A stretch of DNA of 64,000 bases, from contig CAWAHW010000004.1 of NCBI GenBank assembly GCA_963781885.1, forward strand, positions 1 through 64,000. Reading direction: 5' to 3'. This document shows, piece after piece, positions 53,228 through 61,219 of this stretch. The stretch is from an uncultured Spirochaetota bacterium. Its GTDB lineage: Bacteria > Spirochaetota > Spirochaetia > SZUA-6 > Fen-1364. Position 1 is the stretch's first letter, and each line of letters starts with the position of its first letter. The translations under genes and the position numbers were made by a program. Below the pieces are notes generated by a model. That model searched no databases. It was given only the letters and a program-made list of their open reading frames with translations, and was not told the origin of the DNA.

Positions 53228-54685
53228 TCAATCGACGACACCTTGCATCCAGCAGGCATTCGTGTGCCGGTCCACAAAGAGCCAGAGACAACCGGCGTCC
53301 GTCCCCTGGAAATAATAATCGCGGAGAAAGGGCCCCTTCTCCCCTTCGTCACCCCACCATTCACCCGAGACGACGAACGGACCTGCCATTGCGCCCAGCG
53401 TCGGACGTCCCGGGGGCATCTGCATCGGCGCGCAGAGAATTCTCCTGACCGCCCGGGCCGGCCCTTCAATCTCCCGTGATCCGGATGGGGCCTGGGGACG
53501 CTGAAGCGGCACCCATGTGAAGGACCTTTCGGGAAGATATGAATCGCACAGGCGCGCGCTGGTCACGCTGTTATTGCCGAAACGAGCGCAAATGAGTGCA
53601 AAAGCGCGTGCCCCGGAATCCAGGTCGCGTCTGCGCAGGTCGAACAGATCCTCCTGCCGATGCGACGGCCGGACCCGGGCGGAGCGGATCTCTATGTCAC
53701 CGATGCCGGATGAAAAGCTCAGGCGTGAAAGACGAAGGTGAATGAGACGACGCAGAATCGAGGTGGTGAGAGTGGGCGTGGCAGGACGAATGACCTCTGT
53801 CGCAAGCTCGCCCTCCTCCATGCGAAGGGTAAGGGTGAGCTCGGCGATCACCGTCCTTTCCTTGTCCGCCCGCGCGACTTCAGAGGCAACGAGCTCTTCG
53901 ATGTGGGGCATCAGCAGCTCCAGGTCGACGATGGGGAACTCCAGATGGCGCGAGAAGGGAATGTCCTCCGGGATGGCGACAGGCTGGATGGGCAAGACAC
54001 GATCTGCAAGGATCAATTGCCGCAGGAATGCCACCTCCTTTCCAAAGCGCCGGATGCTTCCTCCATCCGGCAAGGAGATGAAATCCCGCACCGTCCGGAT
54101 TCCAAGCCGGGTCAGGGCGCTCCTGGTTTTCACGGAGAGCGGGAGGACCGCGATGGAGGACCCGGACGCCTCGAGCTGCTCTGCCTGCCGGGTTGCCAGG
54201 ACGCGGGACCTTGATTTCCCGCGCGCGATGGCGTACGTGCCGAAGCGCGAAAAGCCGATCACGGCATGTGCCTTGTAGCCCGCAGCCTGGAGCGCCTGTC
54301 GAACGGCAAGGATCCAGCGGGAGGGCGATGCAAAGAGGGATCGAAGCCCTTCGACGGACACCCAGATGGCGTCCGGGTCAAAGGGGCAGGGCTCGATGTC
54401 CGGCGTGAAAGTGGAAAGCAGCTTCACGATGTCACCACGGGCTGCCTCTATCTTTTCCTTTGAGACGGCCCCTGCGCGCAGGCCGGGGACCAGGGAAAGG
54501 GCTTCCGCATAGCGCATGCCAACTGCCAATCCCCTGTCCCGGGCCGCCCGGCTGAGTGAAAGAATCGGGCTCAAGGGCTTTTCCTCTTTTGTCACCGCAA
54601 CGGGCATGCCCCTCCACCCGGGGTTTTTTCGTAAAAGGATCTGCAGGGGCAGCCGGGGAATATCAATACAGCCCAGGCGGGCCAT
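53228..54685 (-). CDS. imuB: ImuB, inactive Y-family polymerase
   Basis: GLAVGMRYAEA, LGIRTVRDF, QEDLF clamp-binding motif, GPFVVSGEWW...RDYY...WLF. Confidence 0.9.
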   Translation of the reverse strand: MARLGCIDIPRLPLQILLRKNPGWRGMPVAVTKEEKPLSPILSLSRAARDRGLAVGMRYAEALSLVPGLRAGAVSKEKIEAARGDIVKLLSTFTPDIEPCPFDPDAIWVSVEGLRSLFASPSRWILAVRQALQAAGYKAHAVIGFSRFGTYAIARGKSRSRVLATRQAEQLEASGSSIAVLPLSVKTRSALTRLGIRTVRDFISLPDGGSIRRFGKEVAFLRQLILADRVLPIQPVAIPEDIPFSRHLEFPIVDLELLMPHIEELVASEVARADKERTVIAELTLTLRMEEGELATEVIRPATPTLTTSILRRLIHLRLSRLSFSSGIGDIEIRSARVRPSHRQEDLFDLRRRDLDSGARAFALICARFGNNSVTSARLCDSYLPERSFTWVPLQRPQAPSGSREIEGPARAVRRILCAPMQMPPGRPTLGAMAGPFVVSGEWWGDEGEKGPFLRDYYFQGTDAGCLWLFVDRHTNACWMQGVVD

Positions 54686-55280
54686 GCCATGCCTTCTTCT
54701 GCCGGAGGGTGGAGGCTGCATTCTTGTCCTTCGCGGTATGGAGGTCACCGACAAAGGACCGCGTTCCCGACCGGGCGACGCATCCGCGAAGGGAGATCAG
54801 GGAGCCGAGGGAGGCTTCTTCGCAGCGCTTGTGCGTGAGAAAGATGACCGCGCACGTGGTGCGCGTGGCGAGCTTCTGGATGCGGCCCAGGGACGCATCG
54901 CTTGCCCGCCAGCCGGGGCCGACATCGACGATCACGAGGCCCATCGATCCGGACCGGACCAGCCATTCCGTTGCCGTGAGCGAGTCTGCATCTCCCTCAG
55001 CCCACACCACGGCAATGGCCGCAAGATCGATGCCGCGGGCCTCCATGTCGGGCGGATAGAAAATCGACCCGCTGCCGGCGATCCAGGCAACGGGCTCCCT
55101 TTCCGCCTGTGCCTCGGCGATGATCTCCGCGACGAAGGAGACGGCTCCTGAAGCCTTCTCTTCGGAGAGCTCCGCCAATCTTCCAAGGAGATTCACGAAT
55201 TTCCATTCGCCGCTTCCTGCCTGCGACTTCAGATGTGCTGCACGGATCAAAGGCAGGTCTTCAAGCGCGCGTGTCGCCAT
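54663..55280 (-). CDS. imuA: ImuA, RecA-like mutasome accessory protein
   Basis: GRLAELS, WIAG...FYPPD...GIDL, LVRSG...LVIVD; first gene of the imuA-imuB-dnaE2 cassette. Confidence 0.85.
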   Translation of the reverse strand: MATRALEDLPLIRAAHLKSQAGSGEWKFVNLLGRLAELSEEKASGAVSFVAEIIAEAQAEREPVAWIAGSGSIFYPPDMEARGIDLAAIAVVWAEGDADSLTATEWLVRSGSMGLVIVDVGPGWRASDASLGRIQKLATRTTCAVIFLTHKRCEEASLGSLISLRGCVARSGTRSFVGDLHTAKDKNAASTLRQKKAWHGPPGLY

Positions 55281-55289
55281 TGCAATAAC

Positions 55290-55318
55290 AGGGTAACATC
55301 CGTTAAGTACTTTGTCAA
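55290..55318 (-). promoter_or_regulatory. imuA promoter with overlapping TAAC-N4-GTTA palindrome (candidate SOS box)
   Basis: Minus strand TTGACA-N17-TACCCT ending 9 nt before ATG; TAACATCCGTTA at 55294-55305. Confidence 0.65.
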
Positions 55319-55347
55319 CAAAACGCAGAGGGTGGCTTTCCATCCCC

Positions 55348-55397
55348 TTGCAACAAGACGGTACATTGCATTACAATCTACCTTGTCGTGCAAGCTT
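55348..55397 (+). promoter_or_regulatory. padR promoter with tandem TACNTTG-N5-CAA boxes
   Basis: TTGCAA-N18-TACAAT; TACATTG-CATTA-CAATCTA (55362-55380) and TACCTTG-TCGTG-CAAGCTT (55379-55397). Confidence 0.6.
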
Positions 55398-55433
55398 GTT
55401 GAATGTGCGTCTTGCTTCACCAAAGGAGCGTTC

Positions 55434-55784
55434 ATGGGGGGAACCGACATCGACGGACGGCTGTCGCAGTTTCGCAAGGGCGTGGTGGAGCTTGCGATAC
55501 TCGCCCTGCTGTATCGCGGTGAGGCCTACGGCGGGGCGATCGTCGAGCGCCTGGGCAGGCACCCGGGCCTGGCGATCGGCACCGGCACCGTCTACCCGCT
55601 GCTCTCGCGCCTGAAAAAGGCGGGGCTGATCGATTCGTCGTGGTGCGAGTCTCCCGTGGGCCCGCCGCGCAAGTATTACCGCCTCACCGCGGCCGGCAGG
55701 GCGAGCTTCGCGGCGATGACTGCGTCGTGGGAAGGCGTCGCGGAAGCAATGGATGAGCTGCTGGCAAAAGGGGAATCGCGATGA
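55434..55784 (+). CDS. PadR family transcriptional regulator
   Basis: QFRKGVVELAIL, YG, GTVYPLLSRL, GPPRKYYRLT. Confidence 0.93.
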   Translation: MGGTDIDGRLSQFRKGVVELAILALLYRGEAYGGAIVERLGRHPGLAIGTGTVYPLLSRLKKAGLIDSSWCESPVGPPRKYYRLTAAGRASFAAMTASWEGVAEAMDELLAKGESR

Positions 55785-56731
55785 ACGGGCCCCGTGAGAC
55801 ATCGGACGAGGGCCTGACGCCCGAAACGGCGGAGCTGGTCGATGCATACTTCCAGCGCGTTCAGAGCGCCCTCCCTGCCGGCGTCCGTGAAGAATGCGGA
55901 GAATCGATGGAGAGCCTGCGTGCGCACGTGCGGGAAGAGCTCGCCGGCAGCGAGGGTACCGCCGCGGATGCCGCGCGCGTCCTCGGCTCGCTCGGCACAC
56001 CGGAGGTCCTCGCGGCCCAGTGGGAAGAGGCCGCGCGCGAGGAACTGCCGAAGGCCGCGAAGGGCGGCTCCCGGCTGTCCGGTCGCCTGCTCGGCCTGCC
56101 ATATGAATTGCGCCTGCCCACACCCGAGCGGATCGGAGCGCGCTTGTGGGACCCCCTCAATCCGCACGTGTTCGTGCCGCGCCTTTTCGGCGTCGGCTGG
56201 ACGGTCAATTTCGCCTCCATCGCCGTGCGCCTCGGGCTCGTCCGTCCCGATGACGAGGATGTCCCGTTCGGGCTGGTGCCGCGGCGCTGGCTTGCCGCGG
56301 CGTTGGCGGTCCCCCTTGTCCTGGCGGCCGGTCTCATTTCACTCGCGGCGATCTGCCAGCCCACCCTGCCGGATTTCGTCCCGGTCCACTTTTCCATCGC
56401 CGGCATGCCGGACCGTTTTAGCCCCAAGGCCAGGGCGCTCGTCATGCCCATTTGCATGACCGCACTGGGCGCGGCGCTCGCCGCGTGGCCCTGGCTGCGG
56501 CGACGGGCGCCCCTGATGCGCGTCGCGGCAGGAGCATTCGCCACGATGATTGCCGCAATTTCTCTGGGTTCATACGGGCAGCAGGTGGCGTCCGCCCGGG
56601 GAAGCGTCGGCATCGGGATACTCGCTGCGGGTCTGACCGCGGCACTCGTTTTACCATTCGCGCTGCTCGTGATCCTGTCTCGCGTCGGTCGCGCCATGGA
56701 GCAGAAACGTGACCGGGAAAGGAATGCATGA
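55781..56731 (+). CDS. Membrane protein with HAAS-like N-terminus and DUF5808/DUF1648-like regions
   Basis: LGTPEVLA helix motif, FVPRLFGVGWTVNF, LPDFVPVHFSIAGMPD, four TMs. Confidence 0.75.
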   Translation: MNGPRETSDEGLTPETAELVDAYFQRVQSALPAGVREECGESMESLRAHVREELAGSEGTAADAARVLGSLGTPEVLAAQWEEAAREELPKAAKGGSRLSGRLLGLPYELRLPTPERIGARLWDPLNPHVFVPRLFGVGWTVNFASIAVRLGLVRPDDEDVPFGLVPRRWLAAALAVPLVLAAGLISLAAICQPTLPDFVPVHFSIAGMPDRFSPKARALVMPICMTALGAALAAWPWLRRRAPLMRVAAGAFATMIAAISLGSYGQQVASARGSVGIGILAAGLTAALVLPFALLVILSRVGRAMEQKRDRERNA

Positions 56732-57054
56732 TGAAAGGATTTGATGGTCTTCTGTCCCTGCCGCCCGCGGCGCTCGCCGCGCTCTGTGTGCTTGCCGCGG
56801 CGCAAATCGCGCTGGACGTCATCGCGCTGGTCGACCTCGCCCGACGCCCGACCGCAAGGCTCACGATCGCCAACAAGTGGGTCTGGGTGGCGATCATCAT
56901 CGTGGTGAGCATGATCGGCGCGATCGTGTACCTCGCCGCGGGCCGCAAGGCGGGGCCCGCAGCGGACATCCGACCGGCATCTCCCGCCGCCGCGCGTGCC
57001 GCCGATGCGGCGGACCTGCTGTACGGCCCGCGAAAGGATGCCCCCAAGCAATGA
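56728..57054 (+). CDS. Small membrane protein with PLDc_N-type domain
   Basis: ALVDL...NKWVWVAIIIVVSMIGAIVYL. Confidence 0.8.
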   Translation: MMKGFDGLLSLPPAALAALCVLAAAQIALDVIALVDLARRPTARLTIANKWVWVAIIIVVSMIGAIVYLAAGRKAGPAADIRPASPAAARAADAADLLYGPRKDAPKQ

Positions 57055-57981
57055 ACGACGCGCTCGTCGTACGGGATGTCACGAAGCACTACGGCAGGAA
57101 GTGTGCCCTGGACCATGTCGACCTCAGGGTCGAGGAGGGGTCGCTCTTTGGCTTCCTCGGGCCGAATGGGGCGGGAAAAACCACGATGCTTCGCATCCTC
57201 ACGGGCCTGGCGCGGCCGACGTCCGGCAGCGTGAGCGTGCTGGGCAGCGACGTGGCGCGCGCCGGGCAATGCCGTGCGCGCCGGCATCGGCTACCTGCCG
57301 GACGTGCCCGGCTTCTATAACTGGATGACCGCCAATGAGTTCCTTGGATTCTCCGGCGGGTTGTTCGGCATCGGCCGGCCGGCGCTCGACGCGCGCATCC
57401 GTGTCCTGCTGGGTCTGGCCGGGCTCAACGGCGTCACGACCCGGATCGGGGGCTACTCGCGCGGCATGAAGCAGAGGCTGGGGATCGCGCAGGCGCTGAT
57501 CAACGCCCCACGGCTGCTGCTGCTCGACGAGCCGACAAGCGCGCTCGACCCGATGGGCCGCAAGGAAGTCCTCGACATGCTCGAAACGCTGAAAGGCCGC
57601 ACGACGGTGTTTTTCTCCACGCACATCCTTGCGGACGTCGAGCGCGTCTGCGACACGGTCGCCATCCTCGACCAGGGACGCCTCGTCGCCCAGGCTCCGA
57701 TCGACGAGCTGAAGGCGCGCTACGGCGCTTCGAAGATAGTCGTGGAAGTGGAGGAAGGCGCCGATGAGCTCGCCGCCGCACTCGGCCGGGAGCCGTGGAC
57801 GTCGGCGGTCGCGCGTGCCGACAACGGGGGAATCATCGTCACGGTGAGTGACACGGCCGCGGCGAAGCGGACAATCCCGGCGATGGTCGCCGCGCGGGCA
57901 CTGGCGCTCACGCGCATGGAGGCGGGGGAAATGGGGCTGGAAGAGGTATTCGTCCAGCTCGTGAGCGGGAGGAAGCTATGA
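57051..57981 (+). CDS. ABC-2-type exporter ATP-binding protein; +1 frameshift at ~57265
   Basis: GPNGAGKTT in one frame, then IGYLPD, YSRGMKQRL and LDEPT in the next; extra G in gccGGGcaat. Confidence 0.88.
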
Positions 57982-58739
57982 GAGGATTTGTCGCCTTCGC
58001 GCGCAAGGAAGCGGTCGAGATTCTGCGCACCTGGCGCATCTGGGTCCTGCCGGGGATCCTGCTCTTCTTCGGCCTCACCGGCCCCGCCACGGCCCGCTAT
58101 ACGCCGCAGATCGTTGCCGCGGTGGCCGGGAGCCAGTTCGCAGGGTTCACGCTCCCGCCACCGGTCTTCCAGGACGCGTACGCGCAGTGGATCAAGAGCC
58201 TTTCGCAGATCGGGCTTTTCGCCGTCATCATCATCTACGGCGGCATCGTCTCCTCCGAGCGCAGGAGCGGCACCGCGGCCCTCGTCCTCACGAAGCCCGT
58301 ATCCCGCACGGCTTTCATCGTCGCGAAGACGCTCGTGCATGCGCTTTTCCTCGCCATCACCGTCGCGGCAGGCACGCTCATCACGTGGGGCGGCACCGCG
58401 CTGCTGTTCGGAGCGGCACCGGCGGGGCCCCTGTTTGCAGCCACCGGTGCGTGGCTCGCCTTCGGGTTTTTTTTCATCGCGGTGATGACGCTTCTCTCCG
58501 TCCTGGTGAGCTCGCAGGCAGGCGCGGCAGGCATTGGGCTAGGGACGTACGTTCTCGTCTCGATCGCCGGGCTGTGGAAACCGCTGGGCATATACTCGCC
58601 GGCGGCGCTTGTGGGCGGGCCCGCGACCGTGGCATCCGGCAAGGTCTTTGACGCGGGCTGGCCTGTCGCAACCGCGTTGCTGTTCGCGGTCGCGATCGTG
58701 GCGGCGGCGGCCGTCTCATTCGGTCGCAAAGAATTGTGA
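57978..58739 (+). CDS. ABC-2-type exporter permease
   Basis: Six TMs, KE N-terminal motif, ERRSGTAALVLTKPVSR...AK. Confidence 0.9.
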   Translation: MRGFVAFARKEAVEILRTWRIWVLPGILLFFGLTGPATARYTPQIVAAVAGSQFAGFTLPPPVFQDAYAQWIKSLSQIGLFAVIIIYGGIVSSERRSGTAALVLTKPVSRTAFIVAKTLVHALFLAITVAAGTLITWGGTALLFGAAPAGPLFAATGAWLAFGFFFIAVMTLLSVLVSSQAGAAGIGLGTYVLVSIAGLWKPLGIYSPAALVGGPATVASGKVFDAGWPVATALLFAVAIVAAAAVSFGRKEL

Positions 58740-58803
58740 TGGCGGTCGGCGTCCCCTGGCGGGCCGCGCCGGCCGTGGGGGGCGGGAAGGACGCCGCCGC
58801 TCG

Positions 58804-61219
58804 CTAGCGGTCGAGTATCGACCGCACCGCCTTGACGAGGACATTGGTGGAAAAGGGCTTCTGCAGAAAGGCCATGGACGGCTGGAGGCTCACGCCGCTG
58901 GCGAAGGCATTGTCGGCGTAGCCGGAAATGAAGAGCACCTTGATCCCCGGCAGGATGCGATGGACGCGCTCCGCGAGCTCCTTCCCTCCCATGCCCGGCG
59001 ATGACGATGTCGGTGACGAGAAGGTCGAAGCGACGCCCCGCCGCGACTTCTGCAAGAGCCTCCTCAGGCCGGGCTGCCGCCGTCACCGCGTACCCGCGGC
59101 TTTCGAGCACGGTGACGATCATCCTCCGCACCCCGTCATCGTCTTCCGCGAAGAGGATGGCCTCCGTGCCCGGCGTGAATACCCTCTGCTCCCGGCTTGG
59201 CGGCTCCACCGTGTGCTCTTCGAAAGACCGCGGCAGGCGAATGTCGAAGCGCGTCCCCGTGCCGGGCTCGCTCCATAGCGCGATGTGACCCCCGCTCTGT
59301 TTCACGATCCCATAGACGGTGGCGAGCCCCAGGCCGGTGCCCCTGCCATCGGTCTTCGTCGTGAAGAAAGGCTCGAAGACATGGGGGAGCGCATCGGGAC
59401 TAATGCCGATGCCCGTGTCCGAAACGGAGAGAAGGACGTAGGAGCCGGGCCGCAGGCCCGGATGCGCACCGGCAAGCTCTTCGTCGACCTCCGCGTTCGC
59501 CGTCGTCAGGGTGAGAACGCCGCCGCGGGGCATCGCGTCGCGCGCATTGACGGCAAGATTCATGATCACCTGGACGAGCTGGACCGGGTCGGCCCTCACG
59601 TTGCCCAGCCGCGGGTCAGGCACGATGCAGAGCTCCACGTCGTCGCGGATCAAGGGCTTCAGCATGACCTTGACCTCGTCGAGGATGGCGTTCACGTTCA
59701 GCACCTGGGGCTGCAGCACCTGCTTGCGGCTGAAGGCGAGAAGCTGCTTCGTGAGAGCCGCGGCGCGCTGGGCGGCCCCTTCGATGAAATCGAGGTCCGC
59801 CTGCTCCGGGCCTCCGGAGGGGAGTCTGGCGGAAAGGAGATCCGCATACCCGGTGATCGTCGTGAGGATGTTGTTGAAGTCGTGGGCGACGCCGCCCGCC
59901 AGCCTCCCCACGGCCTCCATCTTCTGGGCCTGCATGAGTCGCTCCTCCTTCAGGAGCTCTTCGGTGATATCGCGCAGGATTCCGACGAAGCTCATCACCC
60001 TGCCGCTGCGATCGCGGACGGGTGAAAGGGAAAGCTCCGCGGTATAGGAAGATCCCTTCCTGCCGCGATTCTGCGTCCGTCCGCGCCACGTGCCCTCGGC
60101 GCACGCGGTTTCCCGCATGACGCGGCAGAAGCCGTCATCCGCGAAGCCCATGACGCTGCAGGCCGAGTGCCCGATCACGTCGTTGCGCGCGTAGCCGCTC
60201 ATCCGCTCGAAGCTCAGATTCACGTATTGGACGATTCCATCGATGTCCATGAAAATGATGGCATCGGATATCTGTTCGATGGCAGCGCTCTGGCGCAGGT
60301 GCTCGCGTTCCAGGCGGATGCGGAGCAACGCGCGGGAAAGCTCCGCGGCGACGCCGGACAGGAGCGTCATCTTCTCCTGCCCGAAATGATCGGGCAGGGT
60401 CGCCGCAAAACCCAGAATGCCGACCGGCCTGCCTTCCACGGGCAACGGAAGGAGCGCGAGCGACGAAATCCCGTGGGACAGGAGTCGCGCATGGAAACCA
60501 GCCAGGTCATGCTGCTCGGCGAGACGATTCACCGGCAGGGGACGCGTGAGGTGCGAAAGCAATTGCCCCATGGCATTGGCGGAAAACAGAAAGACGTGGC
60601 CCAGGAACGAGAGATCGCGCACCGCGCCGGTTTCTGCCACGACGACCGCGCCGGTCCGGGCGTCGTTGACGAGGGCGGCGAATGTCAGGGTGGCGTCGAC
60701 GGCGCCCGCAAGCTCGTCGCAGGCGTGCTGGAGGAAGGCCTGCTCATCCACGCTCGTGGCCGACGCGGCGACGAGGGCGCGGAAAAGGGCTCGCTCCTGG
60801 TTGCGGCGGAATATCTGCTCGTCGGCCTGCTGCTTCGCCGCACGTTCCCGGCGGGCAGCGAGCGCCTGGACGATGGCGGGCCCCAATCGCGCGAGCCGGT
60901 CCTTGAGAAGGTAGTCGGTGGCGCCGTTCTTCATGCACGCGACCGGTGCCTCCTCGCTGGCGGCGCCCGTGACCACGATGAAGGGAACGTCCAGGTGCCG
61001 TGACTGGAGGATACGCAGCGCGCGCAGGGCATCGAACTGGGGCAAGGAATAGTCGGCGAGGATCAGGTCGAGATCGGGTGAAAGCTCCGCGGTGTAGTCG
61101 GCTTCGCCCTGGACCCGCCGATAGTCCGGGTCAAAGCCCGTGCGGCGGAGCTCTCGCACGATCAGCTCGACGTCAGCGTCAAGGTCTTCCAGGATAAGTG
61201 TCCGCAGCGATGTTGTCAT
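58804..61219 (-). CDS. Hybrid histidine kinase REC-GAF-PAS-HisKA-HATPase-REC; +1 frameshift at ~59000
   Basis: LILED, AHDFNNIL, NLAVNARDAM, GTGLGL, FAEDD. Removing one base restores TDIVMPGMGGKELA...FISGY...QKPF, with a stop at 58804. Confidence 0.9.

Noticed and set aside
50136-55280. imuABC cassette as part of a prophage or ICE
   Set aside because: No integrase, transposase, att-like repeats or phage genes flank it in this window.
58235-58803. C-terminal extension of the hybrid kinase antisense to the ABC permease
   Set aside because: An artefact of the frameshift at ~59000; the corrected frame stops at 58804.
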